This document shows positions 9,728 to 18,391 of a DNA stretch of 64,000 nt, in pieces. This DNA comes from an uncultured virus (IMG/VR IMGVR_UViG_3300044632_001415) (taxonomy: Duplodnaviria > Heunggongvirae > Uroviricota > Caudoviricetes): the IMG/VR virus record IMGVR_UViG_3300044632_001415, one strand, 5' to 3'. The notes beneath the pieces are model-generated. The model saw only the letters and a list, made by a program, of their open reading frames with translations. It ran no database searches and was not told where the DNA came from. Position numbers and translations under genes: made by a program. Position 1 is the first letter of the stretch. The number at the start of each line of letters is the position of its first letter.

Positions 9728-10015
9728 TTAAATAAAATGTTTAGCTATTGATAAGCTAGCAAGTATAACCCACAGTACATTGAATATAATAATAGTGGGT
9801 AGAGTCTTCTCGGTTGATGTCCAGATTAAAGATAGACTTGATATGATTGCGAATATATATAGCCACCACCACTGGTAGCCGAACAAGAGTCCGGGAAAAA
9901 TAATTGCAATCTTTGTTGCGAATCCCCATGCCTCTACAGCATTTACTCTACTCCAATAGCCCTTAGAGCTCATCGTTTTAAGAGCATCTATAATTTTCTT
10001 AATAAATAATTTCAT
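9728..10015 (-). CDS. small membrane protein
   Basis: about three hydrophobic segments; last gene of the oxygenase/halogenase operon. Confidence 0.6.
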   Translation of the reverse strand: MKLFIKKIIDALKTMSSKGYWSRVNAVEAWGFATKIAIIFPGLLFGYQWWWLYIFAIISSLSLIWTSTEKTLPTIIIFNVLWVILASLSIAKHFI

Positions 10016-10635
10016 ATTATAATTCCATTTTTTTTTACGTGTTCCCATCTTAACCTTACTATCTCTTTTTGATATTTGGGACCCTTAGTAAAGAACCAGT
10101 GATTTGGTTCGGCAAAGTGGAAAAATATCATTTGTACTTCATTTGTAGCTGGTTCTGGAAATTGGTTTCTCCAATGATATTGATCCTCCCCATAATAACA
10201 CAGTGCCTGATTGGGCTCAAGTATATATTCTTTATCTTCAACATAAATTGGCCACTTTTGGATCTGACTTAGGCATACATCCACAGTATAGGTGCAGGCA
10301 TTATCATCTATATGCTTTGGCAGAGCTGCTTTAAATCCTCTGTAGAGTCCCCAAACTGCATACGTGGGCTTGATGTGATCCCCAAACAAAATCTTTGCTC
10401 GATCAATAATATGATCAAAGGATTGCAATAAAGGATTATCAATATTAGAATCTAAAGTACTTACATAGTATCTGCCTAAGAAATCTGTATATTTTAAAAT
10501 ATTTGTTTCTCTAATATTTTTAAACGTATCAATTAGATAAGAAAAATATTCCTCTTCAAATACGTTAGAAATTACTTGGGGATCAGGACGAGAGCAGAGA
10601 GTTCTTCCAGATAATTGATCATAAAATTTCTTCAT
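10012..10635 (-). CDS. 2OG-Fe(II) oxygenase
   Basis: LPKHIDD.AC (HxD), WPIYVE, Y.GE...HWR (distal His), 'FFHF'. Confidence 0.75.
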   Translation of the reverse strand: MKKFYDQLSGRTLCSRPDPQVISNVFEEEYFSYLIDTFKNIRETNILKYTDFLGRYYVSTLDSNIDNPLLQSFDHIIDRAKILFGDHIKPTYAVWGLYRGFKAALPKHIDDNACTYTVDVCLSQIQKWPIYVEDKEYILEPNQALCYYGEDQYHWRNQFPEPATNEVQMIFFHFAEPNHWFFTKGPKYQKEIVRLRWEHVKKNGIII

Positions 10636-11305
10636 TAACTACCTGTTGCATAGGAGTAACATTTATTACTTCTTGTTCTATGTCTTTAGTAATAAAAGTG
10701 CTTATGATCCATTTGTCTTCAGAGAGTGGCACGCACCCCTGATGAGGGTGTGTCCAATATGCAGGAAAAAGGGCTATGGATCCAGCGCGTGCGGGTATCT
10801 TCAGATCGTGCTCTGGAAAGAATGTTTCTCCTCCCACTTCTACTGTATTAAGATAAATAACCGCACCTAACATTCTATTTCTAGCTTTGATAGGTCCTGG
10901 TCCACCATCAATATGTTCTCTATAATATCCATTGTTTTTGATATAGTGCTGCAATCTAAAACCCGAATCAGATAATCCAGGCCATTCCCACAACCATCTA
11001 AAAGATTCTGCGTAATATCCTATTGCTCCAAAAAGCGCATCAACGACAATTTTTTCATATTCAGCCAATGGATTAGTGGGAATATTTAGGGCTTCTAATT
11101 CTCCTTTAGCAAAATTCATATCCATACTAGATTTTATAGTTGGAATTACTCCAGAGAAAACTGGACCAGGAGTAAACAAAATTTCATAATATTTACTTAC
11201 TTCCGTAATAATATTAGAACAAACTTTTTCATCTATAATTGAATCCGCTACCATGATGGCAGAAGGTTTACCTAATGGCCAATCAAATTTTGTTTTGCTA
11301 TTCAT
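10619..11305 (-). CDS. 2OG-Fe(II) oxygenase (prolyl-hydroxylase-like)
   Basis: YREHID, YLN..E.GGETFF, FPAYWTHPHQG, KWI. Confidence 0.9.
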   Translation of the reverse strand: MNSKTKFDWPLGKPSAIMVADSIIDEKVCSNIITEVSKYYEILFTPGPVFSGVIPTIKSSMDMNFAKGELEALNIPTNPLAEYEKIVVDALFGAIGYYAESFRWLWEWPGLSDSGFRLQHYIKNNGYYREHIDGGPGPIKARNRMLGAVIYLNTVEVGGETFFPEHDLKIPARAGSIALFPAYWTHPHQGCVPLSEDKWIISTFITKDIEQEVINVTPMQQVVNEEIL

Positions 11306-11317
11306 TTAATGATCTTC

Positions 11318-11557
11318 CTAATTGCGTGACAATAGTCTTTCATATACATCCAGTATATCTCTTAATCTTGATTCGGCGGGGTCTTTCCAGGAAGAATTTG
11401 TTACTGTCGGCTGCCACGTAAAAGCTCCATTAGTAAACTCTAGCTCTTCTGGATTAATACCGGCTAATATTGCACATGCAAATAGTTCCGACTCCAAGCG
11501 TGTACGCGCAGTTTGTATAGCTAATGCCTTTTGATTCTGAGACAATATAAATTCCAT
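11318..11557 (-). CDS. small helical protein, 'GINPEE' paralogue
   Basis: aligns by eye with 15561..15809; GGAG RBS. Confidence 0.65.
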   Translation of the reverse strand: MEFILSQNQKALAIQTARTRLESELFACAILAGINPEELEFTNGAFTWQPTVTNSSWKDPAESRLRDILDVYERLLSRN

Positions 11558-11567
11558 TAAATTTCTC

Positions 11568-12383
11568 CTAATTCTTAGATTTAAATATTTTACTAAAAAG
11601 AGATTTGTTGTTCACTTGAACTTCTGCATCTGCTTCTCTCTGCATTCTCTTGTACTTACTCTTTTGTCTTTTAGCCATAAAAGCGCCACCAAATCCACGC
11701 CATCTAAGAAGAGTGTACGCAATTTCGTCGCCCCACGTGATTTTAATATCTTTCTCTCTTTTAAAAGGAATAACATGCCAGATTGCTTTACCAGCTTCTA
11801 GCTCAAATGGTTCATCCGTTAAGATATTCATTACCATATGGGCATTGTGATAGTAATCCGTGTTAACTATTGCTGGAAGCATTGTATAATTAGGATTTGG
11901 ATCCCAGAGTGTAGGCAGGAACAGACATGACCATCCTGGTGCAGTTTTTATTAGCCAAGGATTAATTACTTTAATATAGTTTGCTTGGGGTAATTTTCTA
12001 ATTTTACTTACCGGACATTCTCCAGTTTGGTCATAACTAAATCCCTCTATTCCAAAGTCCCCTACTTCATTGGTCAAGTCAAATTTAACTTCCCACATTT
12101 TTCCGTTTATCGATGGTCTAAACATAAGGCTAGCCCAAAGTGGAATAGTAAAACCAGAAGCCAAATAGTCAGATGTACCAGAGCATCTCTTGACACTTCC
12201 TTCATTGCCGCTTAGATTCTTCCACCATTCAGGCCAATTTCCATTATTCTTATATGGGCGACAAGAATCATCCATAAGGAATTTAGATTGAGGAGTAATG
12301 AATACCTCTCCACCTTTTAACTTGGGTATTTCATTAAATATACGAGGACTAACTATTTTTAGTTTTTGCGAGCGCTTCAGCAT
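11568..12383 (-). CDS. hypothetical protein (possibly beta-rich/dUTPase-like fold)
   Basis: P.WWK...VKRC.G..DYL..GF.IPLW...K..NPW.IKT.PGWS.LF...LP.IVNTD...IPFKR. Confidence 0.65.
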   Translation of the reverse strand: MLKRSQKLKIVSPRIFNEIPKLKGGEVFITPQSKFLMDDSCRPYKNNGNWPEWWKNLSGNEGSVKRCSGTSDYLASGFTIPLWASLMFRPSINGKMWEVKFDLTNEVGDFGIEGFSYDQTGECPVSKIRKLPQANYIKVINPWLIKTAPGWSCLFLPTLWDPNPNYTMLPAIVNTDYYHNAHMVMNILTDEPFELEAGKAIWHVIPFKREKDIKITWGDEIAYTLLRWRGFGGAFMAKRQKSKYKRMQREADAEVQVNNKSLFSKIFKSKN

Positions 12384-13824
12384 GATCGACCAATTTCTGT
12401 TTTAAAAGATTTTTTGACATATTTGATAAGTCTTCTCTAATGACTTTACGGGAATTATACGCATCAAGTTCGATAGATGCTACCTCTTTATTTAGAACTC
12501 CTTGACCTTGAGCAACGTGCCAAAGATGTGCTGCGGCAAACAATTCAAATCCGGTGGAAGGAACATCGTGGATTTCAGGAGAATGGACATTCCAAACTTC
12601 TAATAAATGCTGTAAAAGTTCCGGTTTTTCAGCTTCTTGTTGAGCTCTCCACATTTCTGAATCTGATCTATCTGATACATAATGAAGAGATATCATGCAC
12701 AAAATATTTTCCATGACTGAATCCATAATTCGATGATACTCTTTGATGCCATACGTCTTTTCTTTTGAAAACGTTGGCAGGTACGAACATAGTACTCTGA
12801 CTTGTTGAATTGTTGTTGAAATGGAAGTAGCCTCTAGTGGCTCTACAAAAGCTGCTGATAAACCAACTGCTACACAATTATTTTTCCAAGTTGTTTTAAA
12901 ATAACCAGAATTAAAATCTATGACCTTAGCTGGTTTTACTTCAAATCCATGAACTTTTGAAGCTTCTTCTATGGCCTGATCAACCGTACAAAAATCAGAG
13001 GCAAATACATATCCATTACCTCTTCTCATTTGAGTGGGAATTTCCCACATCCATCCATTACTTAAAGCCCTAGCTCTAGTGTAAGGTCTAATTCTTCCTG
13101 ACGGATCTGATTCTGTAGGAAATGCTATAGCTTTATCGCATGGCAAATATTTGCGGTAGGATATAAATGTTTGATCAGAAATTTTACTTAAAATTTCACG
13201 ATTAAATCCTGTGGCATCGACAAAGAAATCTGCTTTTAAATATTTTTTATTATTATTTAAATAAATACTTTCAATGTAACCATCTTCATCTATTTTTAGA
13301 TCTGACACTTCATCATCTATGAATAATATTTTCTTACTTTTTGCAATATTAGTAAGAAATAAATTTAATTTAAATGTATCAAAGTGATACTGATTACTTC
13401 CTAGATGAGTATCATTTCCTAGGTCTACTATTTTATCGTCTACTAAACCTTTCCATGAAAAAGTATTAGTTAACAATAATTCATTTTCTAGAGCATATGC
13501 GTAGCTTCCAAAAAAAGTATTAACGTTTAATCCAGTTCCACCTACACTATGAAAGTAGTCTGGAGTATGTGTCGTCCAATTTTCATAACGTATCCCGTAC
13601 TTATGAGTGATGTCAGCGTGCTTGACCATATCGTCAACTCTAATTCCAACAAGATCCTGAAAGATTCTCCAGTGCTCTGTCGAGCCTTCTCCAACTCCTA
13701 TGATCCCTTTTTTGCTAGAAGAAACTACTGTTACTGTGTAACTTTCAAAAAGAGATTTAATTATAAGCGCAGCAATTAATCCTGCTGTTCCTGAACCAAT
13801 AATAGCAATTTTTTTTTCATTCAT
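12349..13824 (-). CDS. flavin-dependent (tryptophan-halogenase-family) halogenase
   Basis: GSGTAG FAD motif, GVGEGS, catalytic Lys context (THKYGIRYENW), YHFD, FFVDATG, GWMWEIP (WxWxIP), FVEPLEATS. Confidence 0.92.
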   Translation of the reverse strand: MNEKKIAIIGSGTAGLIAALIIKSLFESYTVTVVSSSKKGIIGVGEGSTEHWRIFQDLVGIRVDDMVKHADITHKYGIRYENWTTHTPDYFHSVGGTGLNVNTFFGSYAYALENELLLTNTFSWKGLVDDKIVDLGNDTHLGSNQYHFDTFKLNLFLTNIAKSKKILFIDDEVSDLKIDEDGYIESIYLNNNKKYLKADFFVDATGFNREILSKISDQTFISYRKYLPCDKAIAFPTESDPSGRIRPYTRARALSNGWMWEIPTQMRRGNGYVFASDFCTVDQAIEEASKVHGFEVKPAKVIDFNSGYFKTTWKNNCVAVGLSAAFVEPLEATSISTTIQQVRVLCSYLPTFSKEKTYGIKEYHRIMDSVMENILCMISLHYVSDRSDSEMWRAQQEAEKPELLQHLLEVWNVHSPEIHDVPSTGFELFAAAHLWHVAQGQGVLNKEVASIELDAYNSRKVIREDLSNMSKNLLKQKLVDHAEALAKTKNS

Positions 13825-14543
13825 TTTTTAATAACCAATGTATATCCAAGTGCAAAAGGTAGGTGGAAAGTTATTACATCTTCTCTCTGACAGAGCATTT
13901 GATGGGGGTGGTAATAGGGGTGGGCTTCCTGATTAACATAGAGACCGCCTAGATCATTTGTAGCCATCAACAATAATGAGCCACCACTAGACAAGTGATC
14001 GACCATACCATTTAGCATTTGATCGTCGTGACAAAGGTTTTCTAAATACGCCACAATAAGATTGTAGTCATTGTCAAAGTTTCCATCTTGGATATCCTGC
14101 ATGCCTATAGTGTGCTCATCAGCAATATTGATATTCCAAAGGCGCTCAACATAGTCTAGAAGTGGTAAATTCATTACGTGAATTTCTGAAACATTATTCT
14201 CTTTGAAAAGAGGATAATTTATGTCAAGACCTCTATAACCAAAGGGGGCCAACAATATTTTTGAAGGCTTCTGTAAGGCTACGAGCATTTCAACCATCAG
14301 GAAGTGAATTGCAGCTACTTCATGTGAAGGGCTAGTTGGTGGAGATAGGAATTCTAAATAATTTAGAGTAGTTATAAATCCAATCGCCTGACGACTTCTA
14401 TCTACGCCAGCTTCTAATTCTTCTGATAATGAACGTTGACAAAAATCTGCTATTTCTTCAGCGTTATAATTAGCTCCGGGACTATTGCTTAGCTGCCTAC
14501 TTAGCAGGCTAATATCATATAAGCTAGGATTCTTCTTAAGCAT
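13821..14543 (-). CDS. class I methyltransferase-fold protein with degenerate SAM motif
   Basis: 'LVALQKPSKILL', 'DYNLIV', 'HLSSGGSLLL'; canonical ExGxGxG absent. Confidence 0.5.
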   Translation of the reverse strand: MLKKNPSLYDISLLSRQLSNSPGANYNAEEIADFCQRSLSEELEAGVDRSRQAIGFITTLNYLEFLSPPTSPSHEVAAIHFLMVEMLVALQKPSKILLAPFGYRGLDINYPLFKENNVSEIHVMNLPLLDYVERLWNINIADEHTIGMQDIQDGNFDNDYNLIVAYLENLCHDDQMLNGMVDHLSSGGSLLLMATNDLGGLYVNQEAHPYYHPHQMLCQREDVITFHLPFALGYTLVIKK

Positions 14544-14805
14544 TTTCTATTCTCCATTTTAAAAGTGTGTAATAGTACCAGAATCTACGGATGTTCATCT
14601 GCGACCGACGAAGTGAGGCATATCTTTCGCATTCTGCTGGAGATTCTTCATCGTAAGAAGAAGAACCATATACGACGGCACACTGTTCTAATAATTGCAC
14701 TAAAGTATAGGAATCAATATTATCACAATCTAAACCAATCGACTCTATCGTGGCAAACAAATTGTTTTGGATATATAAAAAATCTTTTTCAATATTATAG
14801 GTCAT
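14536..14805 (-). CDS. small helical protein, distant 'GINPEE'-like paralogue
   Basis: 'LFATIESIGLDCDNID' resembles 'LFACAILAGINPEELE'. Confidence 0.5.
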   Translation of the reverse strand: MTYNIEKDFLYIQNNLFATIESIGLDCDNIDSYTLVQLLEQCAVVYGSSSYDEESPAECERYASLRRSQMNIRRFWYYYTLLKWRIENA

Positions 14806-14971
14806 ATTTTTCCTTTTCATCTACATCAAAGAGCACTGGTACATCGACATATATGTCGCATGTAGTTTCAGCCTGCCCAACTCTCTTATATCTTCCATCA
14901 GTAGTATCAAAATAAACTTCGTTGATACCTTCATCTACATTTGAATCTTGCGGAGGCTGCTCTGGACTCAC
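14795..14971 (-). CDS. small acidic protein (58 aa, not in ORF track)
   Basis: GTG start overlaps upstream stop (GTGA); MSPEQPPQDSNVDEG...EKEKYDL*; fills the operon gap. Confidence 0.55.
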   Translation of the reverse strand: MSPEQPPQDSNVDEGINEVYFDTTDGRYKRVGQAETTCDIYVDVPVLFDVDEKEKYDL

Positions 14972-15558
14972 CTAAACCACGTCACTAAAGAATATTTAAT
15001 TGTTTGATCATTGGAACCTACAGGTTCTGCTATATGTATATATGGAAAATTAGAAGGAAAAAGAATGACACTTCCAGCTTTAGGTGTAATTGATGTATCA
15101 AATTTTGGAAAAGTTAAATTTCCACCTGAGTAGCCATCATTTAAAAATGCAACTAAGCTTAGTGTTCTTGAATTGTCTCGCCAATGATCATGGTGTGCGT
15201 GATATGATGCGCCGCCGCCATATTTCAGTACACGATATCCCTCGTCTGCTTCTAGATCTAGTTCAAAGGTATTTCTATAATCCCAAACATATGGATCTAT
15301 TGACTCCCATATTCTTTTCCATTCTTGCGCAAGTGGCAAAACTCTTTCTACTGAAATGTCTTCACTACCAATAGGGCCTAGTTCGCAACTCATTGATGTT
15401 CTTATCGGAGCAACAACTCCTGACCCAACAGTTGAGCGTTCCCAATGAAGGTATCCCCATGCCTGACTACACTCTTCTTCAAGAAGATGAATAAAATTTC
15501 CTGGATCGAAAACATTATCATACTGCACTATGCAGGGGGCATGTTCTGTCATTTTCAT
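14968..15558 (-). CDS. 2OG-Fe(II) oxygenase (prolyl-hydroxylase-like)
   Basis: YHAHHD, FLND.YSGG.L.F, LFPSNFPYIH, KYSLVTW. Confidence 0.9.
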   Translation of the reverse strand: MKMTEHAPCIVQYDNVFDPGNFIHLLEEECSQAWGYLHWERSTVGSGVVAPIRTSMSCELGPIGSEDISVERVLPLAQEWKRIWESIDPYVWDYRNTFELDLEADEGYRVLKYGGGASYHAHHDHWRDNSRTLSLVAFLNDGYSGGNLTFPKFDTSITPKAGSVILFPSNFPYIHIAEPVGSNDQTIKYSLVTWFR

Positions 15559-15560
15559 TT

Positions 15561-15809
15561 TTATGCTGCTACCTGTTCACGGATAGCAATAACCGTTTTG
15601 CACAAATCTAATAGGCGTTGCACTTCAGATACGTAGCCCTGGAATGGAGCGTCAATTTCAGATTGGGGATCAAAAGTTAATATGTCAATTTCTTCTGGAT
15701 TTATACCAGATGCGACAAGCATGCCGTACATTTGTTCCTTCAATCCATCAATTCTAGAATCTATAGCTTGAAGCTTTCTTTCATTACTTAAAGAGTTAAA
15801 AAAATTCAT
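15561..15809 (-). CDS. small helical protein, 'GINPEE' paralogue
   Basis: aligns by eye with 11318..11557; AGGA RBS. Confidence 0.65.
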   Translation of the reverse strand: MNFFNSLSNERKLQAIDSRIDGLKEQMYGMLVASGINPEEIDILTFDPQSEIDAPFQGYVSEVQRLLDLCKTVIAIREQVAA

Positions 15810-15834
15810 TTTTCTTCCTTTTTTGTTTGTTATT

Positions 15835-15863
15835 ATTATAGTGTATAATTATTGTTTTTTCAA
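15835..15863 (-). promoter_or_regulatory. sigma70-type promoter for the oxygenase/halogenase cassette
   Basis: minus strand TTGAAA-N17-TATAAT (15863-15858; 15840-15835). Confidence 0.65.
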
Positions 15864-15869
15864 GTTGAT

Positions 15870-17618
15870 TTAGATATCAATTACTTTGCTATAATTTGAA
15901 TGGCCTATTTGACTTGCAACATTTCCAGCGTTTCTAGTAACAACAACTATTCCACCAGTTGAGCCTGTAGCTCCTGTTGCCCCAGGATTAGCTGTACCAG
16001 CTGCACCAACTGCACCTCCAGCTCCTCCGCTGTAGTTAACAGTAGGAGCACTATGACTAGGGGCGGCAGATCTGTTGCTAGTTACCGCTCCTGTTGTGAC
16101 ATTAAGGGTAGCTGCGGTGTGCGGGTGTGTTCCGGAGTTGTGGCCAGATGGGTGTGGTGTTCCTGCGCCAGGATTAGGTCCAGTTGATCCCGCAGGGTGG
16201 TGATGAGTAGTCGGGTGTGTGCCAGCATTGTGACTTGCATTATAAACTGTTGCGTGATGGCTTGGCTTACCAGAATGTGGGGCGTTAGCTGGATGATGAT
16301 GATTTCCAGAATGATGACCAGATGGATGGAAAGTTGAGTTGTGACCAGCAGGATGAAAAGTGCCATTATGATGACTTCTCACGGTATGTGGTCCACCTGC
16401 TGGGTGTGCTGCATGCGGAGTGCCAGAACCATGATGATGAGATCCATGTCCCGCATTGTGGTTTTTTCCAGAAACTGTTGCATTGTGGTTGGTAAAATTT
16501 CTAGGACCATTTGCTGGATGAGATCCAGAAGTGTTTCCAGCAGGATGATGATGATATCCGTGACCTGCATTATGTCCTGAAGGGTGTGGATTGCCGGGGT
16601 TGTGCCCAGAAGGGTGTGGGTTGGCACTATGGGGACTGATTACTGCAATTGAGTTAGCAGGGTGGTGATAAAATCCATCATTATGCCCAGAAGGATGTGG
16701 TGTACCAGCGCCAGGGTTTGGTCCAGTTGAACCAGCGGGGTGGTGATGAGAAGTTGGATGAGTGCCGGAGTTATGACCAGCTGGATGTGGTGTACCAGCG
16801 CCGGGGTTTGGTCCAGTTGATCCAGCAGGGTGATGAAAGGTCCCCGACGTATGATATCCAGTTATGTTAGGTGCAGGGTTTCCTGCAGGGCCAGCAGCGC
16901 CTGGCGTAGATGGAGTTCCCGCCGTTCCAGCTACTCCATAGCTTACTAAAGTCCCACTGCCTGCAATTGTCTTGGCAAAAATAATAACTAATCCACCACC
17001 AAGACCACCAGCTCCACCAGTTCCCGCAGTTGCTGGGTTGCCAGCGGTTCCTGCATTTCCTGCACCGCCAGCCTGCCCTACATTGGCTCCAGGAAAGTTT
17101 CCAGCACCACCAGCAAATGGTCCAGTGGGAAGGGTGGTTGTACCATTGGAACCAGCAGTACCTAATGAGCCTCCAGCGATCTTTGTGACAACTCCTGCGC
17201 CGGTAATAAAAAATCCAGATACCGCGTCATCTAAATCATAAAGATCTGTTACAGATATTGGATCTGTACTTGTACCCCAAGCTTTAGATGGATTGAGGGA
17301 AGTTTGTCTTCCGGCAATTGTTCCGCTTCCATCTGCTACAGAGTGAGTAACTGCGGCGGGCATACCAACTGTTCCGTTATTTGTGAAAGTTCCATTGACA
17401 AAAACGCGGAATCCATTTGTAAATAATGTAACACCACTATTAACCGTAAGATTAGTACAGTATATGTCTTTTACTAATTTATAAACATTTGAAGTTGGAG
17501 CTAATGAAATTACTGTAGCTGTGCCGTCAAATGTAGCTGCGCCATCAGTACCTTCGCCAAAGATGGCGTCTCCACCTTCTCTTTGGACAATGGGTTTATT
17601 TACTCTTCTAATTGCCAT
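15870..17618 (-). CDS. Gly-rich fibre/virion protein with His/Pro-rich insert
   Basis: N-terminal domain shared with 17620..18390; Gly-rich segments flank ~250 aa with about 54 His by hand count. Confidence 0.75.
   Translation of the reverse strand: MAIRRVNKPIVQREGGDAIFGEGTDGAATFDGTATVISLAPTSNVYKLVKDIYCTNLTVNSGVTLFTNGFRVFVNGTFTNNGTVGMPAAVTHSVADGSGTIAGRQTSLNPSKAWGTSTDPISVTDLYDLDDAVSGFFITGAGVVTKIAGGSLGTAGSNGTTTLPTGPFAGGAGNFPGANVGQAGGAGNAGTAGNPATAGTGGAGGLGGGLVIIFAKTIAGSGTLVSYGVAGTAGTPSTPGAAGPAGNPAPNITGYHTSGTFHHPAGSTGPNPGAGTPHPAGHNSGTHPTSHHHPAGSTGPNPGAGTPHPSGHNDGFYHHPANSIAVISPHSANPHPSGHNPGNPHPSGHNAGHGYHHHPAGNTSGSHPANGPRNFTNHNATVSGKNHNAGHGSHHHGSGTPHAAHPAGGPHTVRSHHNGTFHPAGHNSTFHPSGHHSGNHHHPANAPHSGKPSHHATVYNASHNAGTHPTTHHHPAGSTGPNPGAGTPHPSGHNSGTHPHTAATLNVTTGAVTSNRSAAPSHSAPTVNYSGGAGGAVGAAGTANPGATGATGSTGGIVVVTRNAGNVASQIGHSNYSKVIDI
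16110..16860 (-). repeat. His-Pro-Gly-Asn protein-level repeats
   Basis: HHPAGSTGPNPGAGTPHP[AS]GHN x3 plus many HPxGHN and HHH motifs. Confidence 0.9.
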
Positions 17619-17619
17619 T

Positions 17620-18390
17620 TCATACTACCTGCGAATAAATAACAGTACCCGCGCTACAGCTAGTTCCACCAGTGACATCGGTTGATACGCCAGAAGTCAG
17701 AACTCCAGCGGAAGAAATAATAATCACCACTCCACCGCCACCGCCGTTTGCACCAGCAGTTCCTGGTGCCTTGATGCTTGCCGTACCGCTAGAAAGACCG
17801 ATGTATCTTGCTGCAAGAATAACTACTCCACCGCCCACTCCAACAGTGCCGCCAGCGCCACCACGTAAGGGAGTTACAGTAGTCGATGTTCCCGTAATGG
17901 AATACCCTTTAATTGCTTGGAAAGGCTGTTTATAGTAGTCGGTCCCGCCTGTTCCTGCAGTTGGTGCGTCTGCAGTCTGTGTTTCGCTTGAGCCACCAAG
18001 ACTATGAGTAACCGGAGTTGCGGTAGCGCCACCCTGCTGTATTGAGCCAGTGGTTGAGAACCCTGTGGTATAGCCAATGATTGAATCATTACCAAGCGTT
18101 AAAACATTTTGAACAAAAATTCTATACCCTGCGGGATTTAATCTAACGTTGTCTGCAATTATTAGATTATAAAAGAATAAATCTCTTGTTGCTGTATAGA
18201 CGGAAGACAATGGTGCCATGCTCAGAACTGTCGCTGATCCATCCAAGGTAGCAGAGCCGTCTGCGCCTGAACCATAAACTGGGTCTGGTGCATCAAGGAA
18301 ACCAGTGAGGTTGGAGTTCGCTTTTGACGTTGTTGATGGTCCAGAGGCGACGCTCAGACCACCTCCATTCGTAAAAATGAACTTTCCCAT
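17620..18390 (-). CDS. Gly-rich virion protein (paralogue of 15870..17618 without His insert)
   Basis: shared 'G.G.DG.AT.DG.ATV.S.AP.S.VY....D....NL......L...G.R.FV' and GGGG-VV.I motifs. Confidence 0.7.
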   Translation of the reverse strand: MGKFIFTNGGGLSVASGPSTTSKANSNLTGFLDAPDPVYGSGADGSATLDGSATVLSMAPLSSVYTATRDLFFYNLIIADNVRLNPAGYRIFVQNVLTLGNDSIIGYTTGFSTTGSIQQGGATATPVTHSLGGSSETQTADAPTAGTGGTDYYKQPFQAIKGYSITGTSTTVTPLRGGAGGTVGVGGGVVILAARYIGLSSGTASIKAPGTAGANGGGGGVVIIISSAGVLTSGVSTDVTGGTSCSAGTVIYSQVV

Positions 18391-18391
18391 T

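Noticed and set aside
16110..16860. Diversity-generating retroelement template/variable repeat pair
   Set aside because: Repeat differences are synonymous, not adenine-specific, and no reverse transcriptase is present.
16082..18095. Overlapping ORFs in the His/Gly-rich genes
   Set aside because: Shadow frames of low-complexity coding sequence.
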